From Lingula anatina (taxonomy: Eukaryota > Animalia > Brachiopoda), in assembly GCA_051362555.1 (NCBI GenBank), contig CM120641.1:23070401-23134400 (forward strand): 64,000 bases of DNA. The letters are read 5' to 3'. This document shows positions 53,901 through 64,000 of this stretch, one piece after another (position 1 is the first letter of the stretch; each line of letters starts with the position of its first letter). Below the pieces are notes generated by a model, which saw only the letters and a list, made by a program, of their open reading frames with translations, did no database searches and had not been told where the DNA came from. A program made the translations under genes and the position numbers.

Positions 53901-54626
53901 CAGGCCCATGGAATTTAAAAGTCACAACTTGAAAATGCCAAAATGTAAACAAGACAGCACTGTTCTGAAATTTTTTTTTTTTTTTCAATTTTTAACAATT
54001 TTTAACATATAACAAAATTAACAGTTTACTGCCATTTTTATATGATCAACTAAGAAAATTGATGAGATGGGAAAAATATCAACAGAGCAGTGTTAAATGT
54101 CCAATTTCTTCCATTATGAGATTCTGAACATAGTGGATGATTGAATCTGACAAACTGTAATGATATGTGTTTATTTCCATTTTTGACACTTTATTACACA
54201 ATACACGATAACAAGTTTACCATCATTTTTACAAAATCAACTAACAATGTTGTAAAGATGCAGGAAATGTCAAACAAAAACTTTTACGTATCTTATTAGT
54301 TTAATAATGAGACTGTTAACATGCCTAAGAATTGAATCTGAGGAAATGTGAAAAATATGCTGAAAAGTGAAAAAACAGCATAACTTCTACAATAATGGCC
54401 CGATCATGCTGATTTTCGAACTTGACCTGCGTTTTATGAATATTCATCAGCTCTGTAAATATAAAGCCAAAAAATAAAACTGCCCTCCACTTATCGTGTT
54501 TACAAGGAAAGTGCACGGCGCCGGCATCGCCATCGCCATCGGCATCGCCATCGCCATCGGCGACGGCGACGACAGACGCAGGTGATGGCAATATGTACAG
54601 ACACATCTGTGTCTGTACATAAAAAA
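50437..54626 (-). mobile_element. Helentron-type HINE expanded into a ~4.2 kb higher-order tandem repeat array, with a duplicated terminus
   Basis: Same termini as 32634-32771. Terminal palindrome present twice (53848-53877, 54592-54621), each preceded by a CGACGG-type microsatellite. Internal modules recur at ~50495/50833/52171, ~51191/52512/52915/53946 and ~51588/53311/53470/53630/54368. Confidence 0.85.
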
Positions 54627-57600
54627 TTAATGCTTGAATAATTAATGCTTAATAGAAAAGTTTTGTGTTTTATACAGATTGTTTCAAGACAAATTGGACA
54701 AACATAGCCTGGAAAATGACAAGACATCAAACAAACAGCAAGAATCATGCCTAAACATGACTAAACTATTTTTCACCTATTTTTCACAATAATTTGAACC
54801 ATTCCCTGAAAATGTTCACGTGGAGAACAAATTTATACCTGCTGGGATTGCCAAACAGATTATGCAAGCAGGATTGACTTCTAGTGTTCAAGTGTAAAAA
54901 CGTCCCTTGGTTAATTCGCTTCCCGTAGAACATTACTAAACCATTAGTGAAAGGCAGGTGAAAAACAGACCCCTTGTGGTGAAGTTGTGTAATGCTACAT
55001 AAAAATGTGAACTTTGCTAAAAGTGCAGGTTTTACTTCTTTCTCACTAATTCAAAAATATAGCATATTGGTATATTTACAGGACATACATGTGGAAATAA
55101 CTATAAAATTAATTTACCCAAGAATAATTAAAAGTTGTTTCTTGCAAGTAAAGCAAATTGTCTGGTAGCAAATGTCTTATTACAAATATATATCACACAT
55201 TTGTGCACAAGAAAATAAGCATATTTATTTTCATTCAAGCTACAGTGTAGTTAGTGGTTAATCATTGCATATGCACCACTTATGAAATACAGTTTCAAAA
55301 GCATTCTTGAGTAAGTCAAGATCAATACCACATTTCATCTGTATTTCTGATTACATCTAAATGATACATCATAACATGGAAACTGATTACATCTACCACA
55401 CCTAGTTTAATGTGTTACACATCTTTTATTTAAACATACAATATTTGCTTCATTTACATTTAAACTGGCATCACTCAAGAGCCACATGAAAACAATAACG
55501 CTGTATTTAATCATATTCACATTTGTTAAAATATGCGTGCTTTCAGCCTGGCATATTCATTTTTAAAATGCTCATCAGTGTTTCCCAGGGACAATTAGAC
55601 TGTCCATAGGCCTTCTCTAGGGAAAAAGACTTTCAATTCCTCTTGTTTTTTTCCTAAGACGAGCATATTGATCCAAGTCCCTCTGGTTATTGTAATGCAA
55701 CCGATGCAAACTGAACACACTACATGGAGACGCCAAGACAAGTGATAATCATCATATAATGAAAAGGAATTCTACAAAATCTAGTTGCGCCTTTCAGGAC
55801 AGTAATGCTATTATAATTACCAACTAAAGAGGTCATTTTTTGAGGTAAAGACATGAAATAAGAACAATTCTTTAGATTAGGGGACCAATCTATCTTAATA
55901 TAATTTTTCTTACCCTGTAGTATTCCTTTAATCTTAAATAATTTTGACACATCGAGATAACACAATTTGAAATTTTCCCTGTTGGTGAAGAAACTCAGCA
56001 CGCACTGTTATCTAAAGCGCGCGTGTTATTCTCTGAGGTGACTGCCTTATTTCACAGTGCAGTATGTAAATTTATATCATATTACATTGGTCAAGGTGTC
56101 CTTTAGAAACTGTTTAATGATATTTGCAAAGATAAAAAGTAGAGAAAAATACCCTTTTAGTTTGATCAAAATTTTGATATCTTGTAAAACATTTTACAGG
56201 TTTTATTTTCAAAAATAATAACCGTAAAACATAAAAACAACCAAATTCAAGAAGTCAACATTGGAAAAAAAAATAAAACAGAAAACAGAAAAGAAACACG
56301 CCTCAGTGGGCATGAAGTTTGTCACAGGGTTGGTTTTTTCATAATGGAGGATCAATAGCTGCTCATTACCCTCAAACCTGCAGAACAAGCCCTGCCTTCA
56401 CAGCCCTCTGGTGTCCAGATACAGCAGGAATTTAATTTTCACATACAAGACAGCTTGTTTCACAACAGTAACTATTTGTTGTCTTATATTTCCTTGAATG
56501 CCAATTTGTAGTTAATCTAATCCACAGCAAGTCAACTGCTATTTTGCCCTAGCAAGATGGTTACTGATTCTATTTATTAACTTTAAAAAAAACAAAAACA
56601 AAAAGTGAACATTGTCCAAAATAGGTGTCTCATTGAAGCACTAAAATCAGTCATTGTGTGTTAATTTTCATAAACATATTTGACACAATTCAAAGCAGCA
56701 AAGGCTTTCTTTTTTACAACTATATCTTGTCAAATTAGGCAAACATGCAATTTAAAAAAAATTCTTTCTTTTTAAATGACACGACAATGATAACACAAAT
56801 TCAATTACAAACAGATTCAAACTGGTTTTGTCACAAACTGATAAAAATTGAACACTAATAACGTCAAACAGGCCTGAAAGCTTGACAGCAGCGCCAGAAT
56901 AATCAGCACAAATAAGATATTAATACATTTACTGAAATTAACTTAACAGCATTCAGTCCATGCCAGCTTCAAATGCACATCACAGATGCAGAAGATTAAC
57001 ACCAGTGGACTCATTTCAAGAGATAGATAACATACAATTGGAAGAAACCATTACAAAATCAATGAGTCTAAATCAAATTTAACCAAACACAGATGAAAAT
57101 TGAATTGAAAGTGACTTTTCTCAGTTATTGATCAGTGGCTTGGCAGCAGCAGAACTCAAGTAAACTAAAGCTGTCTCGATAATAATAATAATAATAATAA
57201 TAACTTTGACATTTAACTTACTTTCTATACAAGACCAATTTATAAACAGGTTATTAACGAGGACACCATGTTAAGAAAATGGGATGCACTTAATGGAGAT
57301 AATCCAATTATATCACCTGCTTCCAATTGGTTTTAGTCATTTTTGCCAGGAGTACAAGTCACAGGCCTACTGGACTGTGCTAACAAGTTCAAACAAGCAC
57401 AAACAAAAGTTCAAACAAGCAGTTTTGGAAAAATACATGAAAATATGCCATTTGTTTCTTCAAAACTCATGCAAAACATCCCCATTATAATAACCGTAAC
57501 ATCTTTCATTCAAATTCCATTGTAGTAACATGACTCTGGGATTCTATTATGCTGAAAATGTACAGATTGTAACACAAAACGAAGTCTTAGAGTGGTTTAC

Positions 57601-59355
57601 AATTTGCATATGTTTATATGACATAACACAATCCACATACAGGCAGTATCTTCTTTCAGAATCCATACAGATAGAACTATTAAATTTTGAGCATCATTCA
57701 TCCAAACGGCTTTAATTTTCCGGTAGGTTCCCCTTGGACAAATATTATAATTGTCTTTTCTTCACACAGTTTAAGGAGCATAACTCACTACTAAGCTGTT
57801 TTCTGGTTAAGTGATGTAAATGAATTTCCAATTTATAGGAGCAGCATGCAGACCTGTCAGCTCTGAGAACGACATGTGCCCCCGGACATTGGTCTATTTA
57901 CTTCTCATCAAATACGATAGTTTCTCCATAATCGATTGGTGTTCAAACCCTATATATTCTGCTCACGCAGTAAAAATTGAAAAATGGCCAATCTGAAGGG
58001 GGAAAGTTCTTCACCAGGGACACAGTTCATGGCCGTAATTCATCATCTTCTCTTAATAAGCCACCTGAGCACAGGACTGAAGATGGCATAAGACAAGGAA
58101 AAGTACGACCTGAATTTGTTTGCACTATTTGCTCATGTTCCCCTTATGGATTGTTTTGCCATACAAATGCTGGCAGCATTTCTGTATGTAAAGCATTCTT
58201 TTTTAGATTAAATTACAAATTTCTTAGCATTATTGTTGAGGTATTTTTATGCTTATCCATGTATCTACACACCCCCACAACCACTACATAATTTTGATAT
58301 AACAGTATTTGTTTGTTGTTGGGTCCCAACTTTCACAGATGAAAATAATATGACTGCTGTAAATTCATATTATAATAGTTATTTATTTTAAAACATTTTT
58401 GATAGGAATGTAACAAATGCCATTAATTATTATTTGGTAATGTCACAACATGTATCCTATAATTACTCAAAGAATTCAAAGCTTAAGAAAATATCATTGT
58501 TTAAAGAAAATATTTAGTTTGGCTATAAGAAAAAAGGTATTAACCAATCACTGTTTTGGCTACAATACTGCTCAGGCAAAAAATTTCGACCATTTCACAA
58601 GTTTAAAATGCACTAGAATTAAGGCAATCAGGAGAAAATAATCACTTAGCTCTCTTTCACCAGAGTGCATGAAAATGATGAATGGATCTTTAAGCTACTC
58701 AAATGATATTCTCTTTACTTTAACCAAGAAAGGAAATGAAAGGCAAATCGGTTTATTTTTGACATTATAACTGCCTGTAACACCTGTAAATTCCACCAGT
58801 GCAGCCCCCAAGCCAAAAAATTAGTTCATGTAATTACTTGATGTGTGATTGACTGCCATTTGGCCTCCATACCCATAAACTATTTACAGGTTTCGTGGTG
58901 TCTGCAATTATACTTGACATTTTAAATAAAACTTGAGGCACATAACAAGGACAGAAAAGAGCTGGAATTACCTGCTTTGATCACATATCATATAATTAGT
59001 TTCATTCGAAGACACATTTCCTGAAGATTTTGAATTCATATCTCAACTTAAAGGTCATTTAATGATGACCTCTTTGGTTTGGTTCTCTTTCCACACATAT
59101 TTGGGATGACAGTAAGGAAAATGTGGGAAAACAACATCTGTAAGCACAGATTTTCCAAAAAAAAAAAAAAAAAGTATCAGACATTTTTGGAACAACTTGT
59201 TCATTTCTCCAGAGATGTGTCGAATTAAATGCAGCTGTTGTACATATCTCACCAATTACAGCAAGGCCACATGCACAATTCCTACTGCAATCATATGTAA
59301 GGCCTAAGGCGCATTTGCACTGAAGATAAGTTTGAGCCTTCCCTAAGGCCATCTT

Positions 59356-60816
59356 AACTAGAGGATCAGAGAGGCGATACCGCCTCCTGATATTGTACCA
59401 CCAGCTGGAGTAAGCGCATTTGTATGGGAAAGAAAAAGAAAGTGGGGCCCCACCTGTATGGTTGTGGGTGACAAGCTGCAGGAAATGTAGTAAACAAGGT
59501 GTTTTTTTTTTTTTGTTTGTTTTTTTTTCAGTTTTGGCATCTAATGGCTGCTTTTCCCATGAAAATGCACCGATTGACCCCGAACTTCCACACATTAAAG
59601 CAGTCTGCAATTGTAACCCCTCAGTATAATATGAGAGCTAAGGTCTGCTTAGTTTCTGAACATTGGCACAAACAAATATCTTTTTGCAGAAATTCCCTTT
59701 TTTGCGATCTAGGAGGATAATTGGTAATGGTGCCTTTTATCCCACGCCACCCTGCGGAGCCGTACGATATGGGTTGGTACTAAAACCACGAATATTACAC
59801 ACTGGTGGTACTAACTATGGTCATATCTTTGCCAGTTTTGAAAGTATAAGCACTGAAAAAAGTTGCAATGTTCAGTCCATGGTGAAAAGTAGGTCAAAGG
59901 TCAATTTCAAGGTCACAGTTAAATTGCCAGTATATGACTTCCTATTCAACTTCAATAGTAACTATTGACCCAACTCTCCTAGTTTTGGGGATATAAGAGA
60001 CTAAAATTTTTCAAACTTCAGTTAATGGTGAAAAGTAGGAATGTACTTTTTGATACAGCATAACTCGTGAACCGTATGGAAAACAAAAAAACGGAGACCA
60101 CCTCCAGTGTTGGGCTTGACATGCTCTATCAAATGCAAAAAACAAGAGGTCTCCAGCATTAACGACTCCAGAATTAGAGAGAGTTTTATGTTTCAGCATC
60201 TAATGGCCGCTGCTCCCGTGAAAATGCATCGATTGACTCGAAACTCACAGAGATGAAAGATAACCTGAAGGGTAACAACTACCAAAAATATTAGAGGTTA
60301 GGTCTGCGTAGTTTCTGAATATCAGCACAAATAATTTTTTTTTCGTAAAAAATTCCCTTTTTTTGAAAATTTTGGCCTGTTTGACCTTGAATTAAAGGTC
60401 AAAGGTCAAATCCAAGGGCATATTTGGAATCCTCATATGTGACTTTCGGTCAGACTTCTATATTAATTTTTCCCATAATTCCTTCAGTTTGGGAGATATA
60501 TAGCATTGAATTTTCAAAAATTTTGACAAGGGTGCATTTCAACGAGTGTCATGCCCAGGCAATTGCACCGATCGAGACAAAAAAACCAGGGGGTTCAAGT
60601 TGAGATTATATGTGACCTAAATCTAAGAGATGGGGGACACAGGCCCATGCAGTCTAGGAGGAGAAGCGGTAACGGTGACTTGTATCCCACGCCACCCTGC
60701 GGAGCCGGCGGAGCTCACGGAGCCGGCGGAGCTTACGGAGCCGGCGGAGCCGTACAATACGGGTCGGGACTAAAACCATGAGTACCGCCAGCGTACACGC
60801 TGGTGGTACTAATAAA
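59356..60816 (-). mobile_element. Second Helentron/HINE family element with internal duplication
   Basis: AACTAG start, hairpin GAGGCG-ATAC-CGCCTC (59371-86), subterminal GTACCACCAGC, terminal palindrome AGTACCGCCAGCG-TACA-CGCTGGTGGTACT (60781-60810). An internal partial end lies near 59740-59815, with TGACCTTGA/AAGGTCA core motifs and CGGAGC repeats. Confidence 0.8.
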
Positions 60817-62644
60817 TTGGATTTACCTTAGCACATAAAGCTTCTCCTTGCTCCCAACTAACCCCATGGGCCCCAGAGTTTTATGGCAAGACGGGGGATC
60901 TATCTTCAATGTAAACACACCTTTAGTTCTCTGTCACACCTGGACAAATACCGATACCGACAGCCAACTGATCTCTCTATGGGAGAAATTTTTCAGAGAA
61001 CGAGAAAATGTTGCTGTACAATGTGAACACATCATTTTTAAAGATATATGGCATGAGAAACAAATAAATCTTGGGTCATGATTTTTGTCTTGGCTATTAA
61101 TCAATTTTGCTATTAGTTCAAAGGATGGTCCAAAAATGACAAAATTTAATATTTTTCTTATTTTGCCAAAGTCAACACACTTCACATGAGGGAGAAACAT
61201 CAGCTAGTGTGATACTACAATATGTATAAGTAAAAACAACATGGCAAAAAATAAATACAACTTTTTTTTATTTCATTTAAAACTTAATAGATGTTTACTC
61301 AATCAGCTGAGTAACTATAAACACTTGCTATCAGCTACTTGGAATTCTTACAGTTCTGTAAGGGGACTTAAATTCTGTAAATATGCATATTAATCAATAA
61401 TTATGTTCTGATGATTGCACTGATATTTCTAAAGTAAAACCACAGTTGTGATCACATTTCACCAGTTGCCATGAGAAAAAACTATATTATTAAAATTGAT
61501 TCACTGTAAGTTTATTTCAGTGGTTTATAAGAGGCACCTGTCACAACACATACATCTGTATAGTATTAACACAGTTATTGTTGTCTTTTAATACTTATCT
61601 TTTTATATAATTTGTGTTCTTTACAAAAAGTGTAGTACAGGTAGCTGGCAATTGTACCAATGCAACATTTAGTATTCAGCTATTATTATCACTACACTTA
61701 GTTTTTATTCATCTTTTTCCTCACCCTTTCTTGCAGTTTAGGCAATGGAAGAACTACAGAACTGTGAGCAATACCATGTATGACAACATAATCTATCTCA
61801 GAATATTTCATTCTTGGTGGTAAATGAGGATGGGATGAAGCTAAAATAGCACATCTATATATTAACATTTATATTGCATTGCACAAAAATAATAACACTC
61901 CTCTGTAATAAATTATGACTATCATTATGTCTTAGTATTTACAGAAACCTTTCTTACCTATTTTTCTAGTAGTATACAGTGTTAAATATAAAATAAATTT
62001 ATTTTTATAGTTTTTCATTTGTAGTTGAATGTCTCATTATAAAGCCCTGATAATAGCTGGTCTCCATCTTAATTTTTTTCCTTTTTTTTTTTCTTTTTTT
62101 TTTAACCTTAAATCCTCTTCTGTATGAAAATATTGTACAAAACAAGATTTATCTTAGTGGTTTACCAGGCTTTAATGACTTACCAGCTAGTAGCAACAAG
62201 TCCAATTTGTTTTAGGGATGGAATAACCACATTTCTTTGTAGATTTTATCATAAATAACTATGATAAATATGATTAAATATCAGCCTATTTTCCTTGCTG
62301 AAAAAAAGACTTGACAGACCCCCTGCTGACAAATTCCAGTCAAAGTTCATTTTGTTAAAATATACCTGGTGGGAAGATCTTTCTTTCCAAATATTTGGGA
62401 ACAATTTAACAATTTATTAATCTACACTGCACTGAGAACTCTTAAACCATTTTCAAAATTGCTCTCATGTCCATTCTTAGAGTCAAAACCATTGCTACAG
62501 AAATACAAGAACCAATGCACAATGAACTTCAAAAAGGTTAACATGATGGGGAATAAACTGTATTCAATGTCAATTGTAGCATTTCATATGTCATTAGCCT
62601 TAAAATTCAGTTTTATTTTTTCAAGTTTAATAATGCTGGAGGAA

Positions 62645-63236
62645 CTAAAACTGATCCCTCATAACATAAGATTGCCCATCTTCCATCCTCGATGTCTTCT
62701 TTTCCACTTTCACAGTTTCACCTAAGACCTTCTGCCTGAGCAGTTCATATTTAGTTAGCAGACTGACTAGTCTGTATCTTTCTAGATGACTAGATCTACT
62801 AGTTGATAGAACCTTGTACAAATCTTTGGCACAAACGGACTGAGTTTCTTTTCTCTTCCTCCTCTGCTTTAATATATCCAAATATTTCTCCAACACTCCA
62901 ATTTTGTTGCATAGTGTCCCGTTCTTTACAATGAGCTCCTCCTTTTGATCACCTGTTACATGGTCAAACTCCCTTTTGAGCAGAGTCTGCATGTGTTTTA
63001 GCTGCCCCAACCTGTGGGTGATTTTCAGAGTTTTAGAGCTCAAAAAAGTGACTTCTCTTTGTAATGTTTTGATTGCTTCAGCAGTGTTATGTTTATTGCT
63101 TTGTATACAGCTGCCTGAGCAAAGTTCCAGTGCAGCACGCACCTTGAGAGACTTTGAGGCATGCTGGAGCACAAAATTGATCAGATTAGGCACCGATTTG
63201 GCAAGATGGTCAGGGAAATGCACACTGTCCTCCTTT
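62645..63236 (-). CDS. Terminal coding exon of an unidentified helical/coiled-coil protein (rest of gene lies right of the window)
   Basis: Polypyrimidine + TTTTCAG acceptor at 63237, then ~196 open codons (KEDSVHFPDHLAKSVPNLINFVLQH...LERYRLVSLLTKYELLRQK...RDQF*) with protein-like, Leu/Lys/Glu-rich composition; AATAAA on - at 62413-62418. Confidence 0.7.
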
Positions 63237-63583
63237 CTGAAAACAATAAAAATGACCTCTTCAATGCCAAATAAAGAAAAATTAGTTTTGCAAATGCCAT
63301 TGTTCCCAAAGAAGTTAGGACAATGTCCAACATAGAGAGAGAAGAGAAAGCAGTATAAATCCCAGACATTTAGGAGCTAGACACTCAAATGAGAATTATA
63401 CACACTGAATCATGAGTAATTAAGTTCCTGATAATCCCAGAGTAGATCACAACACCAAAAGCCTCCCTGATAGAAATATCAAGCAAGAGACACTTAAGCT
63501 AAACCCTGATAAGCGTTCAGATAGAGAATAAAAACTTTAATGCAAAAGCTAAACAAATCTAGACAATTAATTGGTTAATATCA

Positions 63584-63622
<39 letters not shown>

Positions 63623-64000
63623 TAAGTCAGGTTCCCTGGCTAAGAACTTAATTACCAAAGTTACATGGTCACATGTTACAGCACTCTCATTGAAATCCTA
63701 GTCAACTAAGCCAGGAAACTGATAAGTTTTTTTTTTTTTTTTTTTGTGACACTGGGGCCAGAGCTTAAAGCCTGTAACTCTCAATAAGAGTGCAATTACT
63801 CTATAGTGTTTTTCAAGTAAAAAAGTATCAGCTGTGGTTAGAGGGTATGGACACAGAGAAATGTGAGGAAAACAACGAAGTAGGATGAAGAGAGCAGCAA
63901 AGGTGAAGGCGAGTGGAATAAGCTCCCAAAGCCAACAGCACAGACTTCACAACTATACACATGACGTGTTCTTGTTAGGATTTCAAAGTCTAAGACTACT

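Noticed and set aside
50437-54626. CRISPR-like repeat array
   Set aside because: Eukaryotic context, long degenerate units without unique spacers and no cas genes; explained by a HINE-derived satellite.
53709-54748. ORFs with SPSP / DGDG / RRWR repeats
   Set aside because: Translations of the hexanucleotide microsatellites inside the HINE.
59059-59968. 183-aa and neighbouring ORFs
   Set aside because: They run through poly-T/A tracts and HINE sequence, with no protein-like motifs or splice support.
62976-63335. Plus-strand 119-aa ORF
   Set aside because: Antisense shadow of the minus-strand terminal exon.

Overview
AT-rich, CpG-depleted eukaryotic (invertebrate, probably lophotrochozoan/molluscan) genomic DNA. 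I assembled two intron-containing genes by hand from GT-AG boundaries and phase. (1) A complete 6-exon HAUS2/CEP27 augmin-subunit gene on + (689-2774, ~224 aa). It may share a CpG-rich, ETS-containing promoter with a divergent transcript that leaves the window to the left. (2) A complete protostome-type NMDA receptor GluN2 (Nmdar2/GRIN2-like) gene on - (17840->6678, ~1120 aa). The last coding exon of an unidentified helical/coiled-coil protein lies on - at 63236->62645. The ~44 kb between 18 and 62 kb has no convincing coding exon. It holds MITEs, an internally deleted mariner, a TTAA-flanked Kolobok-like element, Helentron-type HINEs (one expanded into a ~4.2 kb higher-order tandem array) and candidate non-coding 5' exons. 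The most striking observation is inside the GluN2 gene: the exon encoding pre-M1/M1 is present as two intact, ~40% identical, phase-1/phase-1 tandem copies (12487-12359 and 11960-11835), the signature of mutually exclusive splicing. These are followed by a possible decayed third copy and a frame-preserving 39-nt cassette exon in the M1-M2 cytoplasmic loop. The pore tip has Gly-Ala in place of the vertebrate Asn-Asn. Whether this splicing system is already described in relatives cannot be judged from the sequence alone.
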